64,000 nt of DNA, taken from Giardia intestinalis. Lineage: Eukaryota. The stretch lies in NCBI GenBank assembly GCA_000002435.2, contig CM018789.1, one strand, 5' to 3'. The number at the start of each line of letters is the position of its first letter. Position 1 is the first letter of the stretch. A program made the translations under genes and the position numbers. The notes below the pieces were generated by a model that made no database searches, had not been told where the DNA came from, and saw nothing but the letters and a program-made list of their open reading frames with translations. Below are positions 38,901 to 48,205 of this stretch, in pieces.

Positions 38901-40560
38901 TACTTGCTAGGTTTTGTGAGCCAGTCCTAGACTGCCCCTTTTTGTCCCGTTCGTGAGATGAAGAAGGTTGGTGCTTGTTTGCTTGAATAATGTCTGATGT
39001 TTCGGAAGCATCTGCAAAGGGGTTAATGTATGGATCACATGGGGAGCGCATATGCCCAGGAAGGTAGCCCAGTGCAAGTGATGTCATGGCCGAAATAAAC
39101 GCACCATAGGTGACCCCTAGTCCGACAATAGGCGGGGAAGGAGAACTAGACTTCTTATTAGATTTATACAGTATGCTGCAGATATCAGTGGCGCCGGCGC
39201 GCACGTCGTTCTGAGCAGTGTATTTAATGTGCTTCGTCTTCTGCATCAGGACATCTAGCGATATGATGTTCAGAGGCGTCTCGTCTTCTAGAAGATGCTT
39301 AAGTCCTGCCTGAGCTCCATTTAAGTTAGGGGTGTGCGCGGGGTCGTCGCTCTCGGGCTTATCGGAACAAGTTACCGCTGAGCTCTGCACTACAGCTGGT
39401 TCAGAATCTAGCAAACAATTTTCAATAGAGTTTGCATCCGATATGTGTGCACGCAGATACGATGAGATATCTATAAGATTCTTGTCGACAGTGTGTTCTA
39501 GGGTTCGTCGGTCGTGTTTGGTCGACGTTTGATTTAAGATGGCTGGAAAGGGTGCCATGCAAGCACTGAGCTTTCCGTTAGCAAAGCACGTAAAGACCCG
39601 TCCGTCACGTAAGTAGTAGGACCCAAGCCTATCCTCAAGGTGTGCCTGTGTCGAGACCTTACTGTTGCGAATTTCGTTTAGATATGATATACCGTCAATA
39701 GATAAGATATTAGAACTGGGGCTGGCAGGCGGATCCTCCAACTTGTCAACAACAGCAGAGGCCTCTTGGCAAGGGAGGGGAGAATTCCCTGTCCGCATCC
39801 CTTGTAACGGAGATGCTAGTGCGTGCGCGGAGGGAGATCCATCCGCAGAATTGAAAAACTCATCGTAGATCATCTGGTCTATGACGGACGTTGTGAGGAG
39901 TTCTTGTTCCAAGGTACCAAACACCATGGACGCAGCGTTGATCAAATTAGGGCTATCGGGAAGCGTATCCAACGATAATACAAGGCGGAGGTTGTCGCAG
40001 CGATGGGCAACGCCAAGAACCCGACTCACATACTGCTTCTGAGTTATGATGAGCTTCATTCCCGAGTGGAGGATGATGTATGCAAGCTTCTCATGGTTGC
40101 TCGTGGTTGGAACGGGAACAGTGACGGCGCCACGCGCCATAATGGCAAGATCTGAGATGAGCCAAAGGGGAGAGTTGGCTGCCATGAGCCCAACCATGTC
40201 TCCGCTCCTAATCCCCAGATACTGAAAGGCGGCAGTGACATGGTTGACCATGCGCTCTGCCTTAGCATAGGAAAGGTTGGTAAAGGGGGAAGGCGCGCTG
40301 ACAGCCTGTGTGCTCTCTTGACAAGTGTTGTCCCTGGGCCTTTCAGGAAGTGTTGTTGCTAGTCCATTACGAAAAAACATAAATGGGAGGTCAGAAAAGC
40401 GCGAGCACGCATCCCTGAACATCTCTATGAGGGATTGCTGCATTTTGGGTAAATAGCCTGCAGAGACGTGTGCATGCGATGCAGAGAGTAGATTGGCTGA
40501 TTGTGTGGCAAGATACTTTCTATTGCTGTTTGGAGTATATGATACAGTTAACATAAACAA
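35983..40560 (-). CDS. giant long-chain acyl-CoA synthetase-like (AMP-binding family) protein, paralog of the gene at 15109-20820
   Basis: The N-terminal region is homologous to the gene at 15109-20820. Motif II YFHTGDLIKLLPDGRLVYLRS and a VYGVSE-like motif III are present. The first ATG is at 40554. The stop is embedded in TGTAAAC. Confidence 0.7.
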   Translation of the reverse strand: MFMLTVSYTPNSNRKYLATQSANLLSASHAHVSAGYLPKMQQSLIEMFRDACSRFSDLPFMFFRNGLATTLPERPRDNTCQESTQAVSAPSPFTNLSYAKAERMVNHVTAAFQYLGIRSGDMVGLMAANSPLWLISDLAIMARGAVTVPVPTTSNHEKLAYIILHSGMKLIITQKQYVSRVLGVAHRCDNLRLVLSLDTLPDSPNLINAASMVFGTLEQELLTTSVIDQMIYDEFFNSADGSPSAHALASPLQGMRTGNSPLPCQEASAVVDKLEDPPASPSSNILSIDGISYLNEIRNSKVSTQAHLEDRLGSYYLRDGRVFTCFANGKLSACMAPFPAILNQTSTKHDRRTLEHTVDKNLIDISSYLRAHISDANSIENCLLDSEPAVVQSSAVTCSDKPESDDPAHTPNLNGAQAGLKHLLEDETPLNIISLDVLMQKTKHIKYTAQNDVRAGATDICSILYKSNKKSSSPSPPIVGLGVTYGAFISAMTSLALGYLPGHMRSPCDPYINPFADASETSDIIQANKHQPSSSHERDKKGQSRTGSQNLASKQSPGNSAKHLTNIFVGRGSGTRAFTADVILPGSPSIKSSGFVHHQPSFLSHLPLSMPFERVLEHLAYIRGYQIYYSSGIDRQFMLDLRDSQCTLFVGTCQIYQRIYKAGLTYLTELGNKEVDRIEKDLERRADKMDSICQESMFLDQVGVDQLTSGPFGPLTVNLNVDLAAADYTKPQTSSDDPHALAIQKVFAHSQKALIKASRVVPERVSNDDCKRILDTFSSFRNHRLTPYYKTTERIIAKHHRLANAFLSPILKANGRLSQSLMVSLKTLFYQSQVSTLKLPSTLRFINAQAFGGNTTHFISIGGPLQHKVIEFFRVGTGGIFSTVYGVSEFLGLGCYTYYHDLPSYEGLLGRSMPGISSVVMDCKERCEFSLERDGVGELCFKGKMAVAGNYSGSLLFRKIAHMFKFCSSPFRMSTLGVVKILKKKVEHMGLFKAPNLAERQHSIAVALLYAINAENSRLDSNDSGQLKPIRTVASSTQSPSHNNDAQESPEPNSALAAADTQAISKDIIKRPSLFGPEPGSVDDTPTSSGAQLGIASIVNKQGLAGFSKFSSMSVEDLRLNPPLMSQTASSVRQSITISELKLNKLSGSACGIPLSVKDQSFVRSSQPSEKPKSNTLATSPSRDTSHELCDQDVPLNVVLKGICSPDTIISDEMPELKSVPAPLGKESTSAADILPVHAEPCTTDTFLDAYSKRYTSLSLFQGSFSCPQKKQCDLFKANDIFDADGYFHTGDLIKLLPDGRLVYLRSLHKHLVLGKQILDRDLANRIIESIPYIITCCLFANPNTNYTVCIINCKKYLLEARYREQKIKLKGATSHDVVLETSGIKGCEDTLDSEGEVAVVERGLTPSVQSMSSVISSKISSRDGLLCERYGKDEDDLMRVFLPVVSPTNFTRALAQAVERFVLEDIAAAIRAAGLSETYIPKKIKIYIDREMDFNRVLYTHNGQKNYQQFDYVFKADVRYLYSV

Positions 40561-40580
40561 TTGCTCTATTTTTGATTTAC

Positions 40581-40587
40581 TGATGTG
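40581..40587 (-). promoter_or_regulatory. AGTAAAT polyadenylation signal (minus strand) of the ankyrin gene at 40597-42981
   Basis: The plus strand reads ATTTACT. It lies 9 nt after the TAG stop and about 27 nt before the first ATG of the next minus-strand gene. Confidence 0.55.
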
Positions 40588-40596
40588 ACTGTTTAT

Positions 40597-42981
40597 CTAC
40601 TTGCTGGCACTATCAAGGATGGACGCCGCAGCCTCTTGTTCTGCAACCTGTGCCACTTGAAGTGCAGTCTTGCCGGCGTTGTTCCGTAGGTCTTGCTCAG
40701 AGAGCAGGAGGCGGACGCAGGAGATGTTGTTCTTTGATGCAGCCCACATAAGAGCACACCATCCATTCCAGTCTCGAAGCGTGGTCTCATGCTCCGACAG
40801 TAACTTCACCCCCATAATATAGTCCATTTCGGCTGCACGCATAAGGGCTGTCAGTCCCTCCTTTGTCTGGATCCCGGCCTCTCGCTCTACAAGGAGAGAA
40901 GCGCAGTCGATATTCCTATTGTTGATGGCCATCATTAAGGCCGTGCCACAACTTTGGGAAACGAACCCTGGCAGCAAGCATCCTGCTTGGTCTAGATATT
41001 GGGCCACCAGATCAGGCCTATTTTGCTCGGCAGCCTCCATAAGCTGTGTTTTGTGCTCTACAACGCAGCTTGGTCTGCGAGGTGAGAGAGTTAAAGAGGC
41101 GCCGTGGGTCTTAGCATACGTTAAGACTGCCTTACGGTAAACGGTGTTCCCTGTCCGCGAGAGGTAGTCCAGGATATTGGTCCCATCCGATGCCAAAACC
41201 ATCCAAGTCTCATCTATGAGCAGATCGAAGACCCTACGGTTAGCAGTTTTAGCAGCAACCATCAGAGGGGTTAGTCCGTCCGCTGTGTGCCCTTTCCCTT
41301 CATGCGGAAGCAGAATCTTGACCATATTAACATCTTCCGCTCTCATAGCCTTGATTATAGCCATCTCTCCTCGCTCGTCATGTTGCTTGCATTCATGTGG
41401 AGCTAGTAGTTCAACTGCGTCTGCGTTGCTTTCCAGAACAGCGTACATAAGCGCAGTACGTCCGTGAATATCAGACCTTCGTGCCTGAAAAAGAAGGGTA
41501 TTGATTGCGGTCGTAAATCCAGTGATTGCTGCTAACATAAGCGCAGTCTTCCCGGACTCGGAAGAAGAAGGCTCACAGCTAGCAGCTGCGTCAGCGAGCT
41601 CAGCTAGGAAAGTTTCCTCCCTTTTGTGGACAGCCCACATGAGGACTGTTTCGCCTCCTGTCTCGGGGATCTTAGCATTCGTTTCCTCGAGCGCCAGTAT
41701 GCGTACACATTCGGCGCGATTATGACTGATGGCATACATAAGTGCACAATGGTTATCAGAACTGAAAACCCCTGTTTCTTGTGCTCCTGATTGGGAACCT
41801 GCTACTATCAAATAAGAAACAACGTTAGCACGGCCCGCCATGGCTGCATACATGAGTGCGGTCATTCCCTTCTCGTCCCGCAACTGGAGCTCGTGTGAAG
41901 CTAGAAGCTTGACGGCCTCCAGATGACCTCGCTCAGCAGCGAGCATAAGAGCAGTTCTACCATGCTTATTCTGAGATCTAGCGAAGCCAATGTGCAAGGA
42001 GACGGCACTTGTATCATTGAGCGCGGCGGCCTGCATCAGATCAGTGTCTCCATCAGTATACTCGTAAGGCTGGACTGGTGCAGCCAAGTGCGCTGTTGTT
42101 TTAAGATGGACCAGGCTTGATATCTTCTCTAGATGCTCACGCTTTTTGGTATCGTGCTCCAGACAACCTGACACTATTCTTATTAGCTGGCCGGAGAATC
42201 CTCTTTCAGATAGTAGCTTTGGTAGGTTGATAGCACCATCTGTTGTATACATCGAGCTCATAGCGGGCTTCATTGTCATGATCTTCAAGACCAAGGTTCC
42301 GATGTTCCACACAAGTCTTTCATCAAGGGAAGAACACGATATATGATTTGCTACCGGGGAGGGTACGTGGAACGGAAGTGAAAAATTATATTGCTCATGG
42401 TTGAGTAGAAGGTCCGACAAAGAATGGATTTGATAATCCATGTACTCACAAACAAGAACAGAAAGGGGTTTCCCCGGGTTCTCCCGTTCTAGGAGAAGGA
42501 CGTTATCAGGTGTGAAGAAAAGGGGCTCGTTCAAAGCACCCAATTTGCGGAGAGAATCAATGGCCGTCACAATTCCAGCTAAGATCTCCCAGACCTCAGA
42601 TTCGGAGAAGCTTGATCCCGTTGATCTGCGGCGAGATATTTCATCCGCTAGACTTCGGCCATGCTGCACCTCCTGGTAAATGAAGCCCTCCCGACCGTAC
42701 GATACTACGCTTCCGTGCAGAGCGAGACAACTGCCCGGCAGTTTAGGCAAACGAGCGCCTATGTCTGCAAGCCTTTCAAGGTTCATGACCAAACGTCCGC
42801 GGGCCTCTAATGAAAGCTCAGCTACATCGTACTCCAGTATGTTAACGGGGCTTCCTGTCTTCAGTGAGACCGCAGAGTAGAGTCTACGGGTAATGACCTC
42901 TGGACCGTGGATCTGTACTCCCTGTAATTCACTACTAAGCTGAACGTTAGTATACTTTTCCGCGATGACACCCAGGTGCAT
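40597..42981 (-). CDS. ankyrin-repeat protein with N-terminal degenerate NEK-like kinase domain (Giardia 'protein 21.1'-like)
   Basis: The N-terminal roughly 200 aa is kinase-like but lacks a Gly-loop and HRD, followed by at least 10 ankyrin repeats (G.TALM.AA..GH...V..L). The ATG context is TTTCAATTTTAAAATG. AGTAAAT lies 9 nt after the stop. Confidence 0.75.
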   Translation of the reverse strand: MHLGVIAEKYTNVQLSSELQGVQIHGPEVITRRLYSAVSLKTGSPVNILEYDVAELSLEARGRLVMNLERLADIGARLPKLPGSCLALHGSVVSYGREGFIYQEVQHGRSLADEISRRRSTGSSFSESEVWEILAGIVTAIDSLRKLGALNEPLFFTPDNVLLLERENPGKPLSVLVCEYMDYQIHSLSDLLLNHEQYNFSLPFHVPSPVANHISCSSLDERLVWNIGTLVLKIMTMKPAMSSMYTTDGAINLPKLLSERGFSGQLIRIVSGCLEHDTKKREHLEKISSLVHLKTTAHLAAPVQPYEYTDGDTDLMQAAALNDTSAVSLHIGFARSQNKHGRTALMLAAERGHLEAVKLLASHELQLRDEKGMTALMYAAMAGRANVVSYLIVAGSQSGAQETGVFSSDNHCALMYAISHNRAECVRILALEETNAKIPETGGETVLMWAVHKREETFLAELADAAASCEPSSSESGKTALMLAAITGFTTAINTLLFQARRSDIHGRTALMYAVLESNADAVELLAPHECKQHDERGEMAIIKAMRAEDVNMVKILLPHEGKGHTADGLTPLMVAAKTANRRVFDLLIDETWMVLASDGTNILDYLSRTGNTVYRKAVLTYAKTHGASLTLSPRRPSCVVEHKTQLMEAAEQNRPDLVAQYLDQAGCLLPGFVSQSCGTALMMAINNRNIDCASLLVEREAGIQTKEGLTALMRAAEMDYIMGVKLLSEHETTLRDWNGWCALMWAASKNNISCVRLLLSEQDLRNNAGKTALQVAQVAEQEAAASILDSASK

Positions 42982-43043
42982 TTTAAAATTGAAACGATAA
43001 CGGTGTGCAGTGTTGACATACCACCGGTAGCTTTGCCGTACCG

Positions 43044-43436
43044 TTAGACCGGCGGGGCTTGCTGAGGCTCGATTGTCCTCCTTGGCTCGGAGCGGCCACC
43101 GTCATCGGGACTGTCTTTGGCATGAATCACCAACAGTGCTCCAAAAACAATGCTCCAGATCCACGGAACAAATAGCCACATGAGAAAGAACTGGATTGCA
43201 GCAATGATAAGTAGGTTACAGCGGTTTCTGTGGGCAGAACTCAGACATGCTGAAAGTGCTGTCCCTAGCCCCGAGACTATTATGTTGCAGATGAGAAGCA
43301 GCACGGCGACGCAGATGGTGGTCCTTGGGGTGTGTCCTTGGAAGATGTATGTCCAGAGGGGAATCTGCTCATCGTCGAGGGACTTGGCGGGGGCTCCCTC
43401 GGCAGGCGGGTGTTGCGTAGGTTGCGCGTCAGGCAT
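43044..43436 (-). CDS. small multi-pass membrane protein (130 aa)
   Basis: Two to three hydrophobic helices (ICVAVLLLICNIIVSGLGTALSA, LLIIAAIQFFLMWLFVPWIWSIVFGALLVI). Clear paralog of the ORF at 48206-48733. The ATG context is GGAGAATAAAAATG. Confidence 0.65.
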   Translation of the reverse strand: MPDAQPTQHPPAEGAPAKSLDDEQIPLWTYIFQGHTPRTTICVAVLLLICNIIVSGLGTALSACLSSAHRNRCNLLIIAAIQFFLMWLFVPWIWSIVFGALLVIHAKDSPDDGGRSEPRRTIEPQQAPPV

Positions 43437-43509
43437 TTTTATTCTCCATGGTACAAAGCTTCGAGGGATGCGAATTGTCTGAAGGCGGGTTTATCTACCT
43501 TAGTAATCT

Positions 43510-46500
43510 TTAGTTCTTTGTAAAAATAAATGACGGGGTCAAGGGACGAAGCGAAGAAGGCCTCTGGGCCTCCCTGATTACCAGAGAGGCAGATACACCG
43601 GGGAGAGAGGGAGAAGGAGTGTGTATAGACATCCTGTTTGTGTGGATCAATGACGTGGATGCACTTCGTCTATTTGAAAGTTTTATTCCAACGCTACCAG
43701 TGGCCAGCTCTTCTCTGATATTGCTTCTCCCAATGGATATATCTATATGTTGTGATAATACCGCCATAATCTTTGCGTCCTGTATGGCTGAGACGAACTC
43801 CTTTGTCAGCAGCCGACTTTCCCTTGCAGCCAGAAGCGATATTGATTTAATATCACGACGATCCAGTGCAAATGCCAATGCACAATCGCCATCTAAGTTT
43901 AGACGCCCGGCTTCATCACATAAAAGCGCTGCGCTTGTGGACTGAGAGTGCTTTGTTGCCCACATGAGAGCAGTATTTCCACTGCGATCAGACATTCCTT
44001 TCTGCGTCGAATAGTAGAGGCTTGCAAGGGGCAGGTTTCCCATTCCCGCGGCAACCATGAGGGGCGTCAGTCCGTTCTTATCGCAAATAGTCGTACTGAC
44101 GCCTGCTGTTTGCTGCACCAGTATTCTGCATATGTCCTCACGCTGTGTGCAAGTGGCGATGAGCAACGGGCTTGGAAAGTCAAATGCCCAGATCCCGCTG
44201 CTCCATTTTCCGACAAACGATATGGAGTGCTCAAGAGGAGCCAGCATAGCAACCATGTTAACAATTCCCTTTTCGATGGCAATGATCAGTGCTGTCCTGC
44301 CCGTGGGATCTGTGGCTCCGGCCTCGTGAAGAAGCTCCTCTGCCAATGCTTGGTCGTTATTCATCACAGCCTTGTGCAATTCTGTTACTCCACTTTCGGA
44401 CCTTATCGCCGGTTTTATCAGTGACGCGATTTCGGAAAGTCCCAGCTCTGTTGCCAGTTTCCAAGGCAGAGTCTCTCCAACAGTTATGCTAGCCTCTATC
44501 CGGAGCAACTTAATTACGTCTATATCTCCCAGCTTTATGGCGAGTGTTAGAGCGGAATACATTCCACGGTAGACAGCTTGGCAGAAACAGATGTTTTCCT
44601 TGACCAGCTCCAAGTCTTTGTTCACAACAGCAGCCATCAAGGGCGTGAAGCCTCTACGTGATATTCTTTCCAACTCTTCCTTGCAGCATAGTAAAGCTGC
44701 TGCAGCTCTATATTCGTCTTTATCCAGAGCATAGTCTGTTGCTACCAGGCCTGCTAAATCCTGCAATCCGCCCTCTGTGTCCATTAGCAAGTTAATCGCA
44801 TCTATGTTTCCTGCTGCTGCAGCCAGCATTAGGGCCGTTTGGCCTTGAGCATTTCTTCTGCGCGCAAGGTGCATGCACATTCGCATACCTTCCAGGTTGC
44901 CATTGATGGCCTCGACGTGCAGCTGTGTGTGTCCGTCTTCGTCTTCGAACGCTGGGTGAAGGACGTATTGCTTGAGTAGGATAGTGGCCTCTTCTAATTG
45001 CTCAGCTGCCTTTATAAATCTTGACGGGTTAGGGTGTCTATGAATGAGCTGTCTGATAAGCTCGGTGTTTTTGTCCGCACTTACTTTGGAGGGACGAAGG
45101 AGTGCTTTGAAAAGCGCTAAGTCACCGTCCCAGTCGCTAGCCATAGATGGCTCTAGAAGTGCTAAGCTCAGGAGTCCATTTGAATAACAGGGAAACTCAT
45201 GCCGCAAAGTTAGGGTAGCCCCCTCGAGAAAATCGTTGTCCAAAGCAATGTCGGTTGCTAGTTCTCCTGCAGAACTGACAAGGCAAGACTCGAGCGGAGC
45301 AAGGACTGCAACAATGTGCTTGTATTTATATTTCATAGCATACATCAGTGCGGTCCAGCCTGTATAATCCTGTTGACGGGCCTCTAAAAGGAATTTAATC
45401 GCTCCACTTATATCGCCTGAGATGGTGGCAATCATTAGATTAGTATATCCACAGGAAAGAAGAGCCTTTGTCTCAAATGGAGAGATAAGCCGGAACGTCT
45501 CAAGGTGGCCTTCTTTCAAAGCAAGCATCGAGGCGCAACATCCATACTTTTCAGTATTCTCAGTGCTTACAATCCCCCCTTCTAGTGTCAGCAAATCTTG
45601 GTCAATATCATTGAGTCCAAAGCTTGCCGCCAGCATCAGTGCAGTGTGACCATCATTGTTCTTCACTCCGTGGCAATGTAAAACCGCGAGAAGGTCGGCT
45701 CTTTTCCGAGTCATGCTACCATTTTGTGCACAGAATCGTATATATGTATGCAGTGGAGTCTCTCCCTTGGAGTCAACGTCGTACGTCGGTCGCAAGATCA
45801 TGCAAAGATCGGGGCTCTGCACCTTGTACGCCAAATACCATGCAGTCACCCCATCTTCTGTGATGAGATCCCGCTCCATCAGCAGAAGCTTGACACAGTC
45901 TTCGTCCCCAGTATTGACCGCATACATTAGGGCAGTCCACCCCTTGCTGTCGCGAGCGTTAGCTTGGTTGATATAAAGCCATACCAACCCGGGGCGTTTT
46001 TCGGCGGCAGCAATCATCAACTGCGTCATATCAGGGGGATACTTCTCTGCATTGGGAACAGCCAACTCATATTCAGCAATAGCCTCTGCAATATTGAGGG
46101 ACCCACTTAGGACAGCAAAATCAATTGCACTGAGACAACGGTTTCCTGTGGTGACTGCGAGTCCAGCCTCTAGTGATGCTAGTAGCACCGCACACTCCAG
46201 ACTTCCGTGCATCGATGCGTGCATCAAGGCCGTGAATCCATCATTATCCACCAGGCCTACTTGTCCTAGGTGGCAGAACACCATAAAAGGATCGCCGTTC
46301 AATGCCCCGATCATCAGGTTAGTCCTTCCACACTTGTCCGGCGGTGATGTAACTACGTGCTCAGGGAGCAGAAGGTGCTTTGCCAGCTCAAGATTTCCCA
46401 TGTGGAACGCTATCTCAGCAGCAGAAATGCCTGGAGCAAGGAGTCGGGACGGGATATCCTTGGAACTGCTTGGCGTTAACTTCTCTGCAGGAGCCCCAGA

Positions 46501-48195
46501 GAGAACGCTTTTTTCATACTCTAACAGCAGCAGAGCCATCTCCTCTCGTCCATGAAGGCAGCTCTGATGAAGCGCCGTGTGTCCATTATGGTCTCTTTCT
46601 CCGGCCTCGTAGTTTCTGAGGAGGCAAACAATTTCTTTGTGTTTGAGTGCAGCTGCAAGCATAAGGGCGGTATAATCGTCATTATTTTTCTTTCTGGCCA
46701 GGGAGAGGAACAACCTAGTGCCCACTGTGTCGCCTCCCATGACAGCGCGGTGCAGCTGAGTGTTTCCATCAGAATCCACGACGGGGCTCTGCTCTAGGAC
46801 GGTGAGAGCATCCATAAAGCCACTGTCTCGAGCCAGCTGCCACGGGGTGATACCAGAAGAAATGCAAATATCTTTTTCTGTCGAGAGAAGCTTAACACAG
46901 GTAAGGCTTTTGGAGGCTATTGCATACGCCAAGGCAGTGTTGCCAAGTGTGTCTACCCGTCCAGCTTGCCCTAAGTTTAGGTAGACACCAATAATGTCGT
47001 TATTACGCACGCTCTCAACTAGCGTGTCAGGAGCCTTGGGGATATCTCCGCTGTACGATAACAGTAGACGAATGATAGAGTTCGGATAGGTGCGTGATAT
47101 TCCAATAGATACTGGCAGTTCTCCGGCTGCATTTTTGACAGCTCCCTCTTGTGGAGCGAGTATCCTTATAATTTGTGCTAGTACGAACTCCTCAAAGGCA
47201 GCATATGAGCAAGAGGAGTCAGTCCCAGGCTTCGGGGTTTGAAACGTCGATCTCATCATTGCATAATGGAGCGCAGTATTTCCTGTAATCGAATGTACCT
47301 CTCCACACTCAAACGGGGCCAGAATTCTTACTACAGCAAGAGAAAGCCTCTTAGCCGCCATCATCAAGGCCGTGTTGCCGGTCTCATTGGTGCTTTTAGC
47401 AAACACTGCACCCAGTTCCTGTACCACAGCGAGATTATCCGTTTCAACAGCTCTGAAGAAGTCAGCCTGGGTAGATGATATGGAACATATGCTCTGCGTG
47501 TGTGGGTTCTCGTCCATGGAAGAAAACTCAGCCACAAGCCTATCTTGAAATGTGCTAAGGGACTGGTTATTAGTATACATTAGTAAGCACTGAATTAAGC
47601 TTGCTATACGCGAGCTGCATGACAGTCTACTACTGAGGTCAGAGGCTGCCAATTCAGCGCTCAGACATGGATATTCTCCAGCGTACGATCTATAAATCGC
47701 TGCACCAAGTCCACGGACAGCAGGCACGACGGAGGATAAATTGTGGTCCTCCTCTGGCACCAAGAGGAGTTCAATGTCTCCAAGAAATGGGATTTCCCCT
47801 GCCCTGTAGAAGACATTACTGCATTGAATCGTGGATAAATAAAGCCCAGCCGATGACAAACGCTCAATGGCTAGCAGAATAGAAAACGCCACGTTGGCTA
47901 CATCCAAGTCTGAGATCAAATTCTTTAGGACACCGCCCGAATGACATATGTTTTCGAGCGTGAGATGGTCACTTTCCAGTGCATAGAGTCTGATCACGTC
48001 TCCTTGAAACACGATCTTTCGTAACTTTAAAACATCACATTCCAGCGTGTTTCGTGCTGCGTTGAGTCGATCGAGGGCGCGTCTCAGGATGGGACTGACT
48101 TGAGCTTCTTGGTGAGCTGCTGCCGCGTTTTCTTTTGGGGGCGCCAACTCTTCTGATTTGCTCATTAAATCCTGATTTTCAGTTTGTGTTCGCAT
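43510..48195 (-). CDS. ankyrin-repeat protein (1561 aa) with N-terminal degenerate kinase-like domain (protein 21.1/NEK-like)
   Basis: More than 25 ankyrin repeats (GNTALMMAAKRLSLAVVRILAP, GHTALHQSCLHGREEMALLLLE, and others). The N-terminal roughly 250 aa lacks catalytic kinase motifs. The start ATG lies inside the AGTAAATG signal of the upstream gene. Confidence 0.8.
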   Translation of the reverse strand: MRTQTENQDLMSKSEELAPPKENAAAAHQEAQVSPILRRALDRLNAARNTLECDVLKLRKIVFQGDVIRLYALESDHLTLENICHSGGVLKNLISDLDVANVAFSILLAIERLSSAGLYLSTIQCSNVFYRAGEIPFLGDIELLLVPEEDHNLSSVVPAVRGLGAAIYRSYAGEYPCLSAELAASDLSSRLSCSSRIASLIQCLLMYTNNQSLSTFQDRLVAEFSSMDENPHTQSICSISSTQADFFRAVETDNLAVVQELGAVFAKSTNETGNTALMMAAKRLSLAVVRILAPFECGEVHSITGNTALHYAMMRSTFQTPKPGTDSSCSYAAFEEFVLAQIIRILAPQEGAVKNAAGELPVSIGISRTYPNSIIRLLLSYSGDIPKAPDTLVESVRNNDIIGVYLNLGQAGRVDTLGNTALAYAIASKSLTCVKLLSTEKDICISSGITPWQLARDSGFMDALTVLEQSPVVDSDGNTQLHRAVMGGDTVGTRLFLSLARKKNNDDYTALMLAAALKHKEIVCLLRNYEAGERDHNGHTALHQSCLHGREEMALLLLEYEKSVLSGAPAEKLTPSSSKDIPSRLLAPGISAAEIAFHMGNLELAKHLLLPEHVVTSPPDKCGRTNLMIGALNGDPFMVFCHLGQVGLVDNDGFTALMHASMHGSLECAVLLASLEAGLAVTTGNRCLSAIDFAVLSGSLNIAEAIAEYELAVPNAEKYPPDMTQLMIAAAEKRPGLVWLYINQANARDSKGWTALMYAVNTGDEDCVKLLLMERDLITEDGVTAWYLAYKVQSPDLCMILRPTYDVDSKGETPLHTYIRFCAQNGSMTRKRADLLAVLHCHGVKNNDGHTALMLAASFGLNDIDQDLLTLEGGIVSTENTEKYGCCASMLALKEGHLETFRLISPFETKALLSCGYTNLMIATISGDISGAIKFLLEARQQDYTGWTALMYAMKYKYKHIVAVLAPLESCLVSSAGELATDIALDNDFLEGATLTLRHEFPCYSNGLLSLALLEPSMASDWDGDLALFKALLRPSKVSADKNTELIRQLIHRHPNPSRFIKAAEQLEEATILLKQYVLHPAFEDEDGHTQLHVEAINGNLEGMRMCMHLARRRNAQGQTALMLAAAAGNIDAINLLMDTEGGLQDLAGLVATDYALDKDEYRAAAALLCCKEELERISRRGFTPLMAAVVNKDLELVKENICFCQAVYRGMYSALTLAIKLGDIDVIKLLRIEASITVGETLPWKLATELGLSEIASLIKPAIRSESGVTELHKAVMNNDQALAEELLHEAGATDPTGRTALIIAIEKGIVNMVAMLAPLEHSISFVGKWSSGIWAFDFPSPLLIATCTQREDICRILVQQTAGVSTTICDKNGLTPLMVAAGMGNLPLASLYYSTQKGMSDRSGNTALMWATKHSQSTSAALLCDEAGRLNLDGDCALAFALDRRDIKSISLLAARESRLLTKEFVSAIQDAKIMAVLSQHIDISIGRSNIREELATGSVGIKLSNRRSASTSLIHTNRMSIHTPSPSLPGVSASLVIREAQRPSSLRPLTPSFIFTKN

Positions 48196-48200
48196 TTACT
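48194..48200 (-). promoter_or_regulatory. AGTAAAT polyadenylation signal overlapping the ATG of the downstream gene
   Basis: The minus strand reads TAG TCTAG AGTAAATG CGA. TAG is the stop of the membrane-protein gene at 48206-48733. The ATG at 48195-48193 starts the 1561-aa ankyrin gene. Confidence 0.5.
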
Positions 48201-48205
48201 CTAGA

